From positions 1 to 47,035 of the forward strand of contig NW_021834597.1 of NCBI RefSeq assembly GCF_006345805.1: a stretch of DNA of 47,035 nucleotides. The letters are read 5' to 3'. Of this stretch, positions 1-10,927 are shown one piece after another (position 1 is the first letter of the stretch; each line of letters starts with the position of its first letter). Source of the DNA: Octopus sinensis. Lineage: Eukaryota. A model generated the notes under the pieces. It was not told the DNA's origin and ran no database searches. It saw only the letters and a program-made list of their open reading frames with translations. The position numbers and the translations under genes are program-made.

Positions 1-204
1 TTTTTCCTCTCCCCCCCACCCTCTTTTTTTTTTTTTTTTTTTTTTAACCCCCTTATTTTTCCTCTTTCTCTCCTTTTACGATTCCTTTTGATCGAACCTC
101 CCCCTCCTTTTTTTTTTTTTTTTTTTTTAATACCTTCAAAAGAAAAAGCTAACCTTGTAATTTGTTCTATCTGTGTGCAGCCCTGTGTGGCTAATAAAAG
201 AAAC

Positions 205-206
205 AA

Positions 207-248
<42 letters not shown>

Positions 249-476
249 TATATCTATCTATTCTTCTATCTATTTATCTAGTTATCTACCCAAACCATTA
301 TCTATCTGTCTGTCTGTTTGCCTGTCAGTCTGTTTACCTATCTATGGTCGTTAACTTGTTGGCTATTAGTATATCTCTGCCTTTATCAATGCATGTCTTT
401 TATTCGTTATTTGTGTATTGCCTATTTATTCAGCTCCATAACTATCTGTTTTCCTTACCATGTGTCTTTGTGTCTG

Positions 477-530
<54 letters not shown>
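205..530. repeat. (TATC/TCTA)n and (TCTG)n microsatellite cluster
   Basis: Direct reading: TCTA arrays at about 205-250 and 475-530; they explain the YLSI/IYLS ORFs. Confidence 0.95.
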
Positions 531-1026
531 GTTATGTCTATATGTTTGCCTCTCTCTAAACCCTCTCTCCCCCCTCTCTCTTCTATCTTTCTCTCAACAA
601 AAGCCTAAATACTACAATGAACTTCACACTTTGATCAAATGAACATTCTAGAACTGGTTAAATTACAACTTTAAAAAAAAACACATTCTCACCTAATTTA
701 TTTTTGGCTCTATTTTTGTGTGTGAAATTTCTTTTATTTATCTATTTATGCAATTTTTATACATTTTTTCCAATTGTTTTGTGTTTGTTTATTCATTTGT
801 CTACTTTTAATTTTGTTTATTTTATTGCGTTCTATCTATTCTGCTCTTTCGTTTCATTTAGTTTACGAGAGTAAAATTTAAATACTAATGTCTCGTAAAT
901 TTTGCTGTTCGCAAACTTGATTGAGCAAACTTATGATCAAAGTTATTCCAACTCTGATCATCACGCTGTGAGTGTGTGTGTGTGTGTGTATGTGAAGATA
1001 TATATATATATATATATATATAGATC

Positions 1027-1205
1027 TCAAGGAGAGTCAGCGTGACACGGAGTGTGACAAGGCTGGCCCTTTCAAATACAGGTACTATTCGTTATTGCCA
1101 GCTCAGTGGACTGGAGCAACGTGATATAAAGTGTCTTGCTGGGAATTGAACTCACAGCCTCACGATCGGGAGCCGAATTCCCTAACTACCAAGCCATGCG
1201 GCTTC
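1027..1205 (-). mobile_element. tRNA-derived SINE, family C, internally deleted
   Basis: Minus strand reads GAAGCCGCATGGCTTGGTAGTTAGGG (A box) ... GTGAGTTCAATTCCC (B box) ... CAAGACACTTTATATCACGTTGCTCCAGTCCACTGAGCTGG; related copies at 19301, 25400, 29271 and 34390. Confidence 0.8.
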
Positions 1206-1210
1206 GCCAT

Positions 1211-1400
1211 GATAGATCGTTAGCTCCTACACGCATTATTTTCTCTCCTTGTTTTTTTTCTGTGTATCTTTCTGTCGAAGAGCGTAGGCTCGAAACGTAA
1301 AAGACTTTTTCTATTCCTGAGCGCTATACTAATACATTTGTTTGTTTGTACTCCACCTGCTTTCACCTTTTGTTTATTTTCGTAAAAAATTGCCCTTTAT
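1211..1400 (+). mobile_element. About 190-bp repeat with a hammerhead-like motif (putative Penelope-like LTR remnant), copy 1
   Basis: Near-identical to 34795-34960 (GTGTATCTTTCTGT(C/T)GAAGAGCGTAGGCTCGAAACGT...CCTGAGCGC...TACTAATACA...CCACCTG). Confidence 0.65.
1267..1304 (+). ncRNA. Minimal hammerhead ribozyme-like motif (core CUGUCGA-A)
   Basis: Stem I TCTTT/AAAGA, core CTGTCGA+A, stem II GAGC-GTAG-GCTC, GAAA, palindromic ACGT, putative GUA cleavage triplet. Confidence 0.6.
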
Positions 1401-1436
1401 ATATTATATATATATATATATATATAATATATATAC

Positions 1437-1778
1437 ATTCTTTATTCCTTTACTTGTTTCAGCCATTTGACTACGGCCATGCTGGAGCACAGCTTTTAGT
1501 TGAACAAATCAACCCCAAGACTTATCGGTCTTTTATACCGAATCGCTACGTTAAGGGGACATAAACACACCAACATCGGTAGTCAAACACACATGCATAA
1601 ACACAGATACATAAACACATATACACACACACATATATGACGGACTTCTTTCAGTTTCCGTCGACCAAATCCACTCACACAGCTTTGGTTGGTCCGCGGC
1701 TATAGTAGAAGACACTTGCCCAAGGTATCACGCAGTGGGACCGAACCCGGAACCATGTGGTTGGTAAGCAAGCTACTT
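1437..1778 (-). mobile_element. tRNA-derived SINE, family B (OR-like; CORE-like CCTTGGGCAAGTG segment)
   Basis: Reverse complement of the 38340-38815 copy: B box GGGTTCGGTCCC, core, internal (TA/TG)n, tail GCTCCAGCATGGCCGTAGTCAAATGGCTGAAACAAGTAAAG. Confidence 0.85.
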
Positions 1779-2459
1779 CATTTCATTATATTTGCCATAA
1801 AGGCAGTACATAGAGTAGTAGCTTTGCGGGCTGGACAAGGACATTAATGAAATGAATGATAACGAAGCAAAGATGATAAGGATGGGAGAAGACAAAAAGC
1901 GCCCGCCGACTTTTGCTTCTCTAAAACATTGTTCTTTAAAACCAAACACAAAATGAGGTATTAAACCTCTTACAACTTATACAACTTTTCAATTTTTGGA
2001 CTTTACAAACAACAACATAGTTCAATAATTACATATAATATTTATAAATGTTATACACAAAGGTCAATCATCATCCTCCCCGACCAGGCTGTACGCTACT
2101 CTTAGGCAGTGCTCCAGGTCCAGGTCGGGCCCCGGAATGCAAATCTCAACATGTCCTTAGAGAAGGCGCCCAACACACATTTTGACTTTGCATTTGGTTA
2201 TCAAGGGTTGCAAGATTCATGATGTGAATTCGTGTGTCAAAACAAATCGGCTTCTGTCTAGGGACGTTCATTATGTCAATAAAACTTTAAATAAACACGA
2301 ACTGATCCAATACCACTTCTTGATTTTACCAACTAATTATCCAATGGTCTGTTCAATGAGTTGATTGTACGATCATTTGGTTACAGTTTTCTCTCGTAGA
2401 GTCCATCCATCGTTATTCGCTGTCTGCTTTGAGTCTCTCTGAGAACTCGTCATGTGCCT

Positions 2460-2545
2460 ATATGTATGTATGTATGTATGTATCTATGTATGTATGTATG
2501 TATGTATGTATGTATGTATGTATGTATGTATGTATGTATGTATTA

Positions 2546-2580
<35 letters not shown>

Positions 2581-2627
2581 ATGTATGTATTATGTGTGTG
2601 TGTATGTATGTATGTATGTATGTATTA

Positions 2628-2658
<31 letters not shown>

Positions 2659-2735
2659 ATGTATGTACTATGTGTGTGTGTATGTATGTATGTATGTATG
2701 TATGTATGTATGTATGCATGCAATTACGTACGTAT
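2460..2735. repeat. (TATG)n/(TG)n compound microsatellite
   Basis: Direct reading; source of the MYVC ORFs. Confidence 0.95.
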
Positions 2736-2739
2736 GTAT

Positions 2740-3310
2740 GTCATTATTCAGTTTATTTCAAGATTTCTTGCCAATTGAGAAAGAGCCGGTTTCTAACCTA
2801 GATACAAGGCTCCTTCATTGGAATTTCAATATATACAACACGGTATTTTTGTTTGTATGTATGTATGTATGTATGTATGTATGTATGTATGTATGTATAT
2901 GTGCAAATTTGTATGTTTTGTTTTATGTATGTATTCTCATGCATATTTTTGCATATCTAGACATACTCGGATATAATTAAATGATAAACTTCTGGAATGC
3001 TTTATAGATTTTTACAATTCCAGTGATGGGTTGGATCTGTAGTCTTCGAATTAGCTTTCTCCTTTCTGATTTTGAGAAGCCTAATTTCTGAAGTTTGATA
3101 TTTAGGCAATATGTTACATATCCTAATGTTCCAGTAATTGCTGGTATAAACCTAAGCTTGTAATCTAGATAGAGTAACTGCAGCTTTCTCAATAGTTCAG
3201 CATAAATATCTTTTTCACTGATCTTCAGCTTTATGTTAATTAGCTGGGCAGCTAATTTCCACAACTATACAGTTCTTCTCTATCCCAAATCATTATATCA
3301 AGTCTGATGT
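2740..3310 (-). mobile_element. 3' fragment of an R4/Dong-like RLE non-LTR retrotransposon, (CATA)n-linked lineage
   Basis: Minus-strand translation with frameshifts: (R)PDIMIWDREE..CIVVEISCPA..NIKLKISEKDIYAELLRKLQLLYLDYKLRFIPAITGTLG...IQPITGIVKIYKAF, a PD-(D/E)xK RLE C-terminus; then 3'UTR, (CATA)n, a 110-bp terminal module and (CATA)n. Confidence 0.8.
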
Positions 3311-3359
3311 GTTTACGTTTTATTGAGGTCTTCACTGTTAAATTCCACCAGTATTCCTT

Positions 3360-3610
3360 ATGGATGTATGTATGTATGTATGTATGTATGTATGTGTATG
3401 TATGTATGTATGTATGTATGTATGCATGTATGTATATATGTATGTATATATATATATATGTATGTATGTATGTGTGTATGTATGTTTATATGTGTGTATG
3501 TATGTATTATGTATGTATGTTTGTATGTGTGTATGTATTATGTATGTATGTGTGTGTATGTATGTATGCATGCATGTATATATATATATATGTTTGTATG
3601 TATGTATGTA
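3360..3610. repeat. (TATG)n microsatellite
   Basis: Direct reading. Confidence 0.95.
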
Positions 3611-5902
3611 CTACCTGACGTATCCGGTAATTACCAGGAAAGCTGGGCTTATCCCTTGGTTCCGTCCTCATAAGTGTTACGCTAGTCCAATAACAACAAT
3701 AGAAAGTACGTAGCCCTTAAAACGAATTTTGTGCATTTACAGAGAATACCAAACTATCTTGTATAGGATCTTGTTTTTAGGAATTCTCAATAAGTTATGA
3801 ATACCCAAATTGTGCAGTCAGTTATCTAATAACATGAAATTATTTACCTGATAGTAAAAATTCAAATAAAGTAGCTCCGAAAAGGGCTTTAATGCGTTCC
3901 TAGAGTATATAGAACATAGAAGGAAATACTAATAAAGTATGCATACCAAAATCGTGAAGCGTGTTACGTAATAACAGGCTAATCAGATATGAGATAATAA
4001 CAATTCAAAGTAAATAACTATGAAAAGGACTTTTGTGCGTTCCCAGAGAATATTACCCTCAGGAGCGCTAGTGTTGGTATATTCGTGAATAAGTCACTAA
4101 CCAAAATAAGTGGATCAGTTTTGTTTACAATATCTCTATTTACATTTTTCAAGGTTGTACTGGATAAATTGCGAAAATAACTCTAACAGTTCAAATACTA
4201 AGAAATAAGCATACTCAATTTGATTTATACCAAATAATTTCGGAAAATAAATGGGTTACTTCACTTGGTTATATATATAAGGATCCCTTTCAGGAGTGAA
4301 TGGGTTATTTCCCTTGGCTTTTAAAATAAAATATATTAGATACATATAAGGAACCCTTCCAGGGACCCTATTATTGATTTTTGCACTAATGTGAGTATGC
4401 CATGAGTTTTCCAGACATGAGTTCTACTCTCGTATCGTTTCATCAAAATCGATATAAACGACGTAGGAGGAGTTAGCTAACAACTCCACTAGCACACCTA
4501 CAGATAGAATTTCCCACATATATAGTAGATGTATGCTTTTCTTTGAGTTTTATTTAAGTTCTTCTTAAGAGAGTTCAAGCCAGTCGCTAACAAAGCGACG
4601 AAACGTTTTGAGTTAAGAGAGTTCCCGGTGTTTGTAAATATGTGGTTGAGTTGGCGCGCTGGTTTTCGTTTAGAGTTCACAATGAAAATTAGATGTTCAA
4701 TGATGGAAGTGTTACTCATAAAGTATAAAGCTAAAAGAATCACACTGTAGACGTACACCTGCCACAAACAAAATACACAAGTGAATGTAACCGATGAAGT
4801 ATACCATACTTTCTGGTATATAATTTGACATAGTATATAATACAAACATGTAGTATAAACATTCAAAAATCGTCGCTATTTTTCCAAATACTACTGTACT
4901 TCACATGGAATTTTCGATCCTCTAAAGTTGTTGTGGTGCATAAATCGACCTACAATTTTTAGATGTGAATTTTGGCTTGAATTATTCGACCTGTATGCCG
5001 GAAAACGCAGTAAACCTAACGATTCGAATTTGAAATACCAGTGATAATATCTGAAACAGTTTGTTTCCTGGATTCTTAGCCAGGATTCGAAATCTTGATC
5101 CAGATTTTTCTGTAAGCTGCTTGCCATTGTTCTAGGTATTCGCACTTGGAAATTTATAAGACTCCACTGGCATTCTTCGTTCAACTTAGATAAGACTTAT
5201 TGTTTTCTTGAACATCTTAAGTTAAATTCAGTTTAACATACATAGATACAACGTATTCGCTTTCCTTTGCTCGTCCGGCCTACAACTAGCTTTCGCACAT
5301 TAATAATTTGAAATCCTCTTAGAGTATTGGTTTCAAATGTTGGTAAAAGGCCAGCAACCCTCTCAGAATATTAGCAGACAGTTTTCGCTTTTAGACGACG
5401 CGCGTCTTTCTCGTTTGAACCCACTTAGTCTTTATATACTGTTCCTAACGAAGAATTTTGGCGGTGGATAAATAAAATCTGTAAGAAATAACGTTTTCCC
5501 TGTTGATTCATTTAATGCATATCACAGTGTTTCACGAAGTTTAAATAATCTGTAATCAACAATAGTGAACACTGCATTCAATGCATCTATCAGTAGCATA
5601 TACATGTCAAAAGTCTATACAATTTCATATTTCAGCGGTACAGTATAGACAAATTACACTTGCCTACAATGAAAGAGGCAGCAGCACATGCGAAACAACA
5701 TTCCACGTCCTGAAGATGAGATTGTGTTTAAGAACGATATTGTTTCCAAACGAAGTACGAGAGATTCTTATGAAAACTCTTCGTTGGAATCTCTTGTATC
5801 TCGAAAAATGGTGAAACTGGAACATATTCATGTTTTTCTTACAATACACACTCACAAACAAACACACATATACACAAGCACACAGGCACACACACACACA
5901 CG

Positions 5903-5945
<43 letters not shown>

Positions 5946-6057
5946 ATAGCATGTATCCATTTATCTGTACATATGAGTTGAAGGGTTGGAGTGGGGAAAA
6001 ATGTATTTGTACATATTAATATATATATATATATATATATATACAGCGAGTGGGTGG

Positions 6058-6124
<67 letters not shown>

Positions 6125-7094
6125 GAATTACTGGAAACCCAGAAGCACAAGAAAGCAAACAGTGACGAGACAGCCAAAATCACATGATTCCGAACATCTG
6201 GTAATTATGAAAACCTCAACTGACACCCAGAGGAAATACCTCAGCTTCTCCTTTCTTCTTTCTTTTTCTTTCTTGTTTTCTTTCTTTTTCTTTCTCTGGT
6301 AGTTATTTATTAATTTTTTTTATTTATTAATTATTCATTTATATATTTATCTGGCATAAAGTGTAAGCTGTCACCATCGATAAATTCCCAGTGTGAGGTG
6401 GAGTGTTTTTCGTGACATCGGCCGGCTCCTAGCTTCGTTTTGAACAGAGACAATGTCTCAAGTGTTGCCTTGTCTCCTAAGATGACCCGTATTCCGCACA
6501 TGCCTTATGTACTATATAAGTAAAGAGAGAGAAGGACAACTTAGAGAGAGAGAGAAAGAAAGAATAAGGCAATGAGAGGGAGAGATGGATAAAGATATTC
6601 AATGAGAGAAAATGAGAGTAAAATTGAGGGATAGAGACAGTTAGAAAAGGAGGGGCAGAGAGAGGAAGGAAAGTACGTTTACCCCTACCAACTCCTGTAA
6701 CGGCAGCAGTCAAGCAATGCTTTACTCCCACAATTCACACTTCCATACACCAAAAACAGAACCTACTCCACCGCAAACCTTACCATCTTGCAGTAGTACC
6801 CGACTAAAAAGCTGTCTGAATTCCTCGGAGAGGAAAGAACAAAGAACAAACTCCAACAGTTTTAATATGGAAATATAATTTCGAACGAAAACTTCGAAAC
6901 TAAGTTTCGGTCTTCCCTCGGCACAAACATCCATCACTTCAAGTGTAAAAATACAAGAACTTCTCAAAAATAAGTACAATATAGAGCGCTTTTGATTCTA
7001 CAGACTGTACTACACAGCACTTTTTATATACACTCACCCAGATATAGATATACAAACAAACATAAAAAGTCACAGACGTATAAACGGAGAAATA

Positions 7095-7298
7095 TGATCG
7101 GTGGGTTGACAGAAAAAGCAGCAAAATTCTCCTCAAATTATTATCCACAGTCTTAGAAGAGAAGTCACCGGATAGCGTGGTCCTGGAAAAGAAATAAAAA
7201 AAATAACGCATACAAAAAATGGAGTGGTCACGGATGGAATAATTTTGATCAGAGGTCTGCTCGATTAGCGTTGACTTGGGAATAATCAACAGCCGCAA
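7095..7298 (+). mobile_element. Headless about 200-bp interspersed element (E-D family), copy
   Basis: CAGAAAAAGCAGCAAAATTCTCCTCAAAT (motif E) ... GGTCACGGATGGAATAATTTTGATCAGAGGTCTGCTCGAT (motif D) then an AAC-rich end. Confidence 0.55.
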
Positions 7299-7348
7299 CA
7301 CTGACGCACTCACACTCACACAGACAAGTGCACGCTTACTCGCACACG

Positions 7349-7407
<59 letters not shown>

Positions 7408-7454
7408 ACACACACATACACACACACAGATGTATACAGAGACACACACTTGGA

Positions 7455-7629
7455 ACTTGCTAGAAATAGCAACCAAATTTCCCCAAAATCACTCTCTACT
7501 GTCATAATAACGGTCACGTTAGACAATCTAATTCTAGATGTACAAAAAGGTAGGAAGACCACGGTTGGAATGGCCTTGATCATAGTTCAGTTCGATCAGT
7601 ACTAACGTAGGGTTAAACGCCAACAACAA
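7455..7629 (+). mobile_element. E-D family element, copy
   Basis: GCTAGAAATAGCAACCAAAT ... GACCACGGTTGGAATGGCCTTGATCATAG ... GGGTTAAACGCCAACAACAA. Confidence 0.6.
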
Positions 7630-8088
7630 AATCACAAGTACACACGTGTACAGACAGGCACAAAGAAGCACACAAACACAAACAAATACGCACTATACTA
7701 TTACAAGAGCGTCTGTTTTAAAAATTTCTTGCTGAACGCAGTGATTTGGTAGAGTCGACAGAGCAATAAACAAAAACGATTTACTTCATTCATTTTTACC
7801 TTCGAGGTCGACTTTCCACTTCATCTATCTGGTCTGGCCCAATAAAATAAAACACTAGTCAAAAATTATGGCTTACCTTAAGATATTAATCATTTGTATG
7901 TACAGTTCTTCCAAATTTTGGCAGAAGGCCAGGAAATTATTGAGAGGCAGAGAAGTCGATTATTTTATCGACCCCGAAAAAGAATAAGAAGAGAACTCAG
8001 AATATAAAGAGCAAGAGAAATTTTCGCTGAGCAAAATCTCGACGCGCTAACGAGACTGCGACCTTGCTGCCATATTTGTGTGCGAAAT

Positions 8089-8280
8089 AAGGCGGCAAGC
8101 TGGCAGAATCGTTTGCACGCCGGGCGAAATGCTTTGCAGCACTTCATCGGTCTTTATGCGTTCTGAGTTCAAATTTCGCCGAGGTCGACTTTGCCTTTCA
8201 TCCTTTCGGGGTCGATAAGTACTAGTTGTGCCCTGGGGTCGATCTAATCGACTGACCCCCTCCCCAAAAATTTCGGACCT
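8089..8280 (+). mobile_element. tRNA-derived SINE, family A
   Basis: AAGGCGGCAAGCTGGCAGAATCG head, B box GAGTTCAAATTTCG, central GCCTTTCATCCTTTCGGGGTCGATAA block, tail CCCCCTCCCCAAAAATTTCGG. Confidence 0.9.
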
Positions 8281-8419
8281 AGATATCTATGCGAAATAAA
8301 AATACGAATAGCGCTTTTCTCAAGGTGCTCAATTACTGAGGTTGATGTAATCAACTGTTCTTGCTTCTAAAAATATCTGGCCTTGTACATAAATGTTATA
8401 AAAATCAATTTTCATGGTG

Positions 8420-8502
8420 CTCTCTGTCTCTGTCTCTGTCGCTCTGTCTCTCTGTCTCTCTGTCTCTCTCTCTCTGTCTCTCTCTGTCTCTCTGTCTCTC
8501 TG

Positions 8503-8562
<60 letters not shown>
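8420..8562. repeat. (CTCTGT)n/(CT)n microsatellite
   Basis: Direct reading. Confidence 0.95.
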
Positions 8563-8565
<3 letters not shown>

Positions 8566-8934
8566 TTTAAATATTTTTATTCATCGTGGTGCGCCAGTGA
8601 TCAAAATCAACAAATTACTGACGCATTTCGCATGGAAAGTTGTATTATTAAAAAAAAAATAACAACTGTGTTTTGAAGTTCAAAATTTAGAAAATAATGT
8701 AGAAAATTGCAACTCACCTTAATTAGTAATGATATTTGCGCCGAACAAAATTATGAATTAAAACGTTTTTTAAGATGCCCATGGATTTTCAAAGAGCTTA
8801 AATTCAAACGTTTAAAAATCAAAGATCTGATATTTAGATATCTGCTGTATGTCTTTCAATCGATTCACCGCAACTCAGTGTTTGAGAACTGCTGTTGTAG
8901 ATCAGTCGTCTGCGGCGCCTTATCTGTTGATATT

Positions 8935-8972
8935 AATCTCTGAAGAAAGACCAGTGTCCGAAACGTTCGATT
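8935..8972 (+). ncRNA. Degenerate minimal hammerhead-like motif (core CUGAAGA-A)
   Basis: AATCT-CTGAAGA-A-AGA-CCAGTG-TCC-GAAA-CGTT-CGATT; stem II has one A-C mismatch. Confidence 0.4.
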
Positions 8973-9715
8973 TTACATTCGTATTAGCAAATCAACACAC
9001 CGTATTTTATTTTATTTTATTTCATGTTATTTCTACGAACTATTTTACATAGTTTATTCCATTGCTTGTCTCGGAAAAGGCCATAAATGTTACAACTTGC
9101 AATATATCTTTTATATAAAAGCAAAATATTTATGTTTATGTCTTGATTTACAAATTGCTTAATTTATAATGGCCATTGTTTTTAACTGCTTAGTTTATAA
9201 TGACCATGGTGTAACTAGAAATAAAAACAATGGATGCCAGATAACAAAGCTGAGAGATTTCCCTGCAATCGTGTATTGATCTCAACTACTTCTAATGAAT
9301 CTACTACTCGCTACTGTAAAAAGTTTGAGCTCATGTTTTTACTAAAGTCTTTTAATTCTTGAATGGACACCGAATGGACTGGATACAAAAGACAGCCTGC
9401 CTTAAGCAGTATAATCATATAATCTAGAACCTATTTCTAACATGACTATTATGTTTTAAAACTGACTATTATGTTTTAAAAAATACATCAAACGTAAACT
9501 CGACCTCTTAAGCTGACTGGAAATACCTTACCAATCGACCATTATGTATCTACAGTTATGTAGCAAGTAATTTCATATATTGATTTCATATTTTAGCACA
9601 GGTGTAAGTCGATTACATCCATCCCTGTACTCTACTAGTACTTATTTTATCGAGCCCGAAAGGGTTTAAAGGCAAAGTTGACCTTGGTGGAATTTTATTT
9701 CATATATTCTCTAAC

Positions 9716-10056
9716 TACTCTAGGCACAATGCCTAGGTATTTGATTTATCGACCCCGAAAGGATGAAAGACAAAGTCGACCTCTACGGAATTTGAACTCA
9801 GAACGTAACGACAGACGAAATACCTATTTCTTTACTACCCACAAGGGCTAAACACAGAGGGGGCAAACAAGAACAGACAGACTGATTAAGTCGAATATAT
9901 CGAGCCCAGTGCGTAACTGGTACTTAATTTATCGACCCCGAAAGGATGAAAGGCAAAGTCGACCTCGGCGGAATTTGAACTCAGAACGTAGCGGCGGACG
10001 AAATACTGCTAAGCATTTTTCACTGTATGCTAACGATTCTACCAGCTCGCTGCCTT
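9716..10056 (-). mobile_element. Family A SINE dimer (X-tail unit fused to a second B-box/core unit)
   Basis: Minus strand: head, core, X tail ...GTAGTAAAGAAATAGGTATTTCGTC, then a second B box and core. Confidence 0.85.
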
Positions 10057-10603
10057 TTAACACTTTCATATATTGGAACTGCTATACACTCATAACAGTG
10101 AGCTAAATTTAATCAAATTTACACCCTTCCGTCTTAAAAAAAATAGTAGGCGTTAGACAATGTAGCTGTAGACGAAAAACCTGTAGAATGGTCACGGATG
10201 AAAGGCCTTTGACCATAATTCTACTCGACCAGAACTGGTCGGTGGGTAAACAACGACGAAAATCCTAAGTGCACGTATACATATACATACACAAATCTAT
10301 TATCACCTCCGCGTTGTATTCATTACCCTACACGCAAAACAAGACTCCTCATTAACTGCCACGATTCAGGGATTTCAGGATAGCTGGTCTCTCCCTGTCA
10401 TTCATAGGCAGCCACTTGGATCAACACGGGAACCTGAACTAAATATATCGGATAATTAAACAAGGTTGCCGTTATAGTACGCCATTATTAAACCAGTGAA
10501 TATGCTCTCGCCTTTTTGATAATGGCATCTTTCTAAAATATATGAAATAAATTATAGATTTCAAATGAGATTCACAGCAAAATAGCATAGTATTAAATAT
10601 ATG

Positions 10604-10734
<131 letters not shown>

Positions 10735-10927
10735 GAGAGAGAGAGAGAACAAAGGGCAACAATGAATATTAAAATTTTGTGTATGATTTCTAATGGCTTG
10801 GAAATTTCTGAAACACCCTGTACAATATATCTGAGTGTGTGTGTGTGGATGGGTTTTATGTATATGTGTCCTAGCGTGATATTGAGTGTGCGAGAGTGTA
10901 TGTGTGTATATTATATTTGAGCATTAT

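Noticed and set aside
6885-6935. Minus-strand GCCGAGGGAAGACCGAAACTTAGTTTC as a hammerhead
   Set aside because: Core deviates at several positions and stem I cannot be formed.
8089-8200. tRNA-like A/B boxes as real tRNA genes (also in all other SINE heads)
   Set aside because: No cloverleaf; each runs into a shared SINE body.
9150-9482. Short tandem duplications (about 33 bp at 9150, 20 bp at 9442; also 24 bp at 25546)
   Set aside because: Ordinary slippage duplications; two units each, not a CRISPR-like array.
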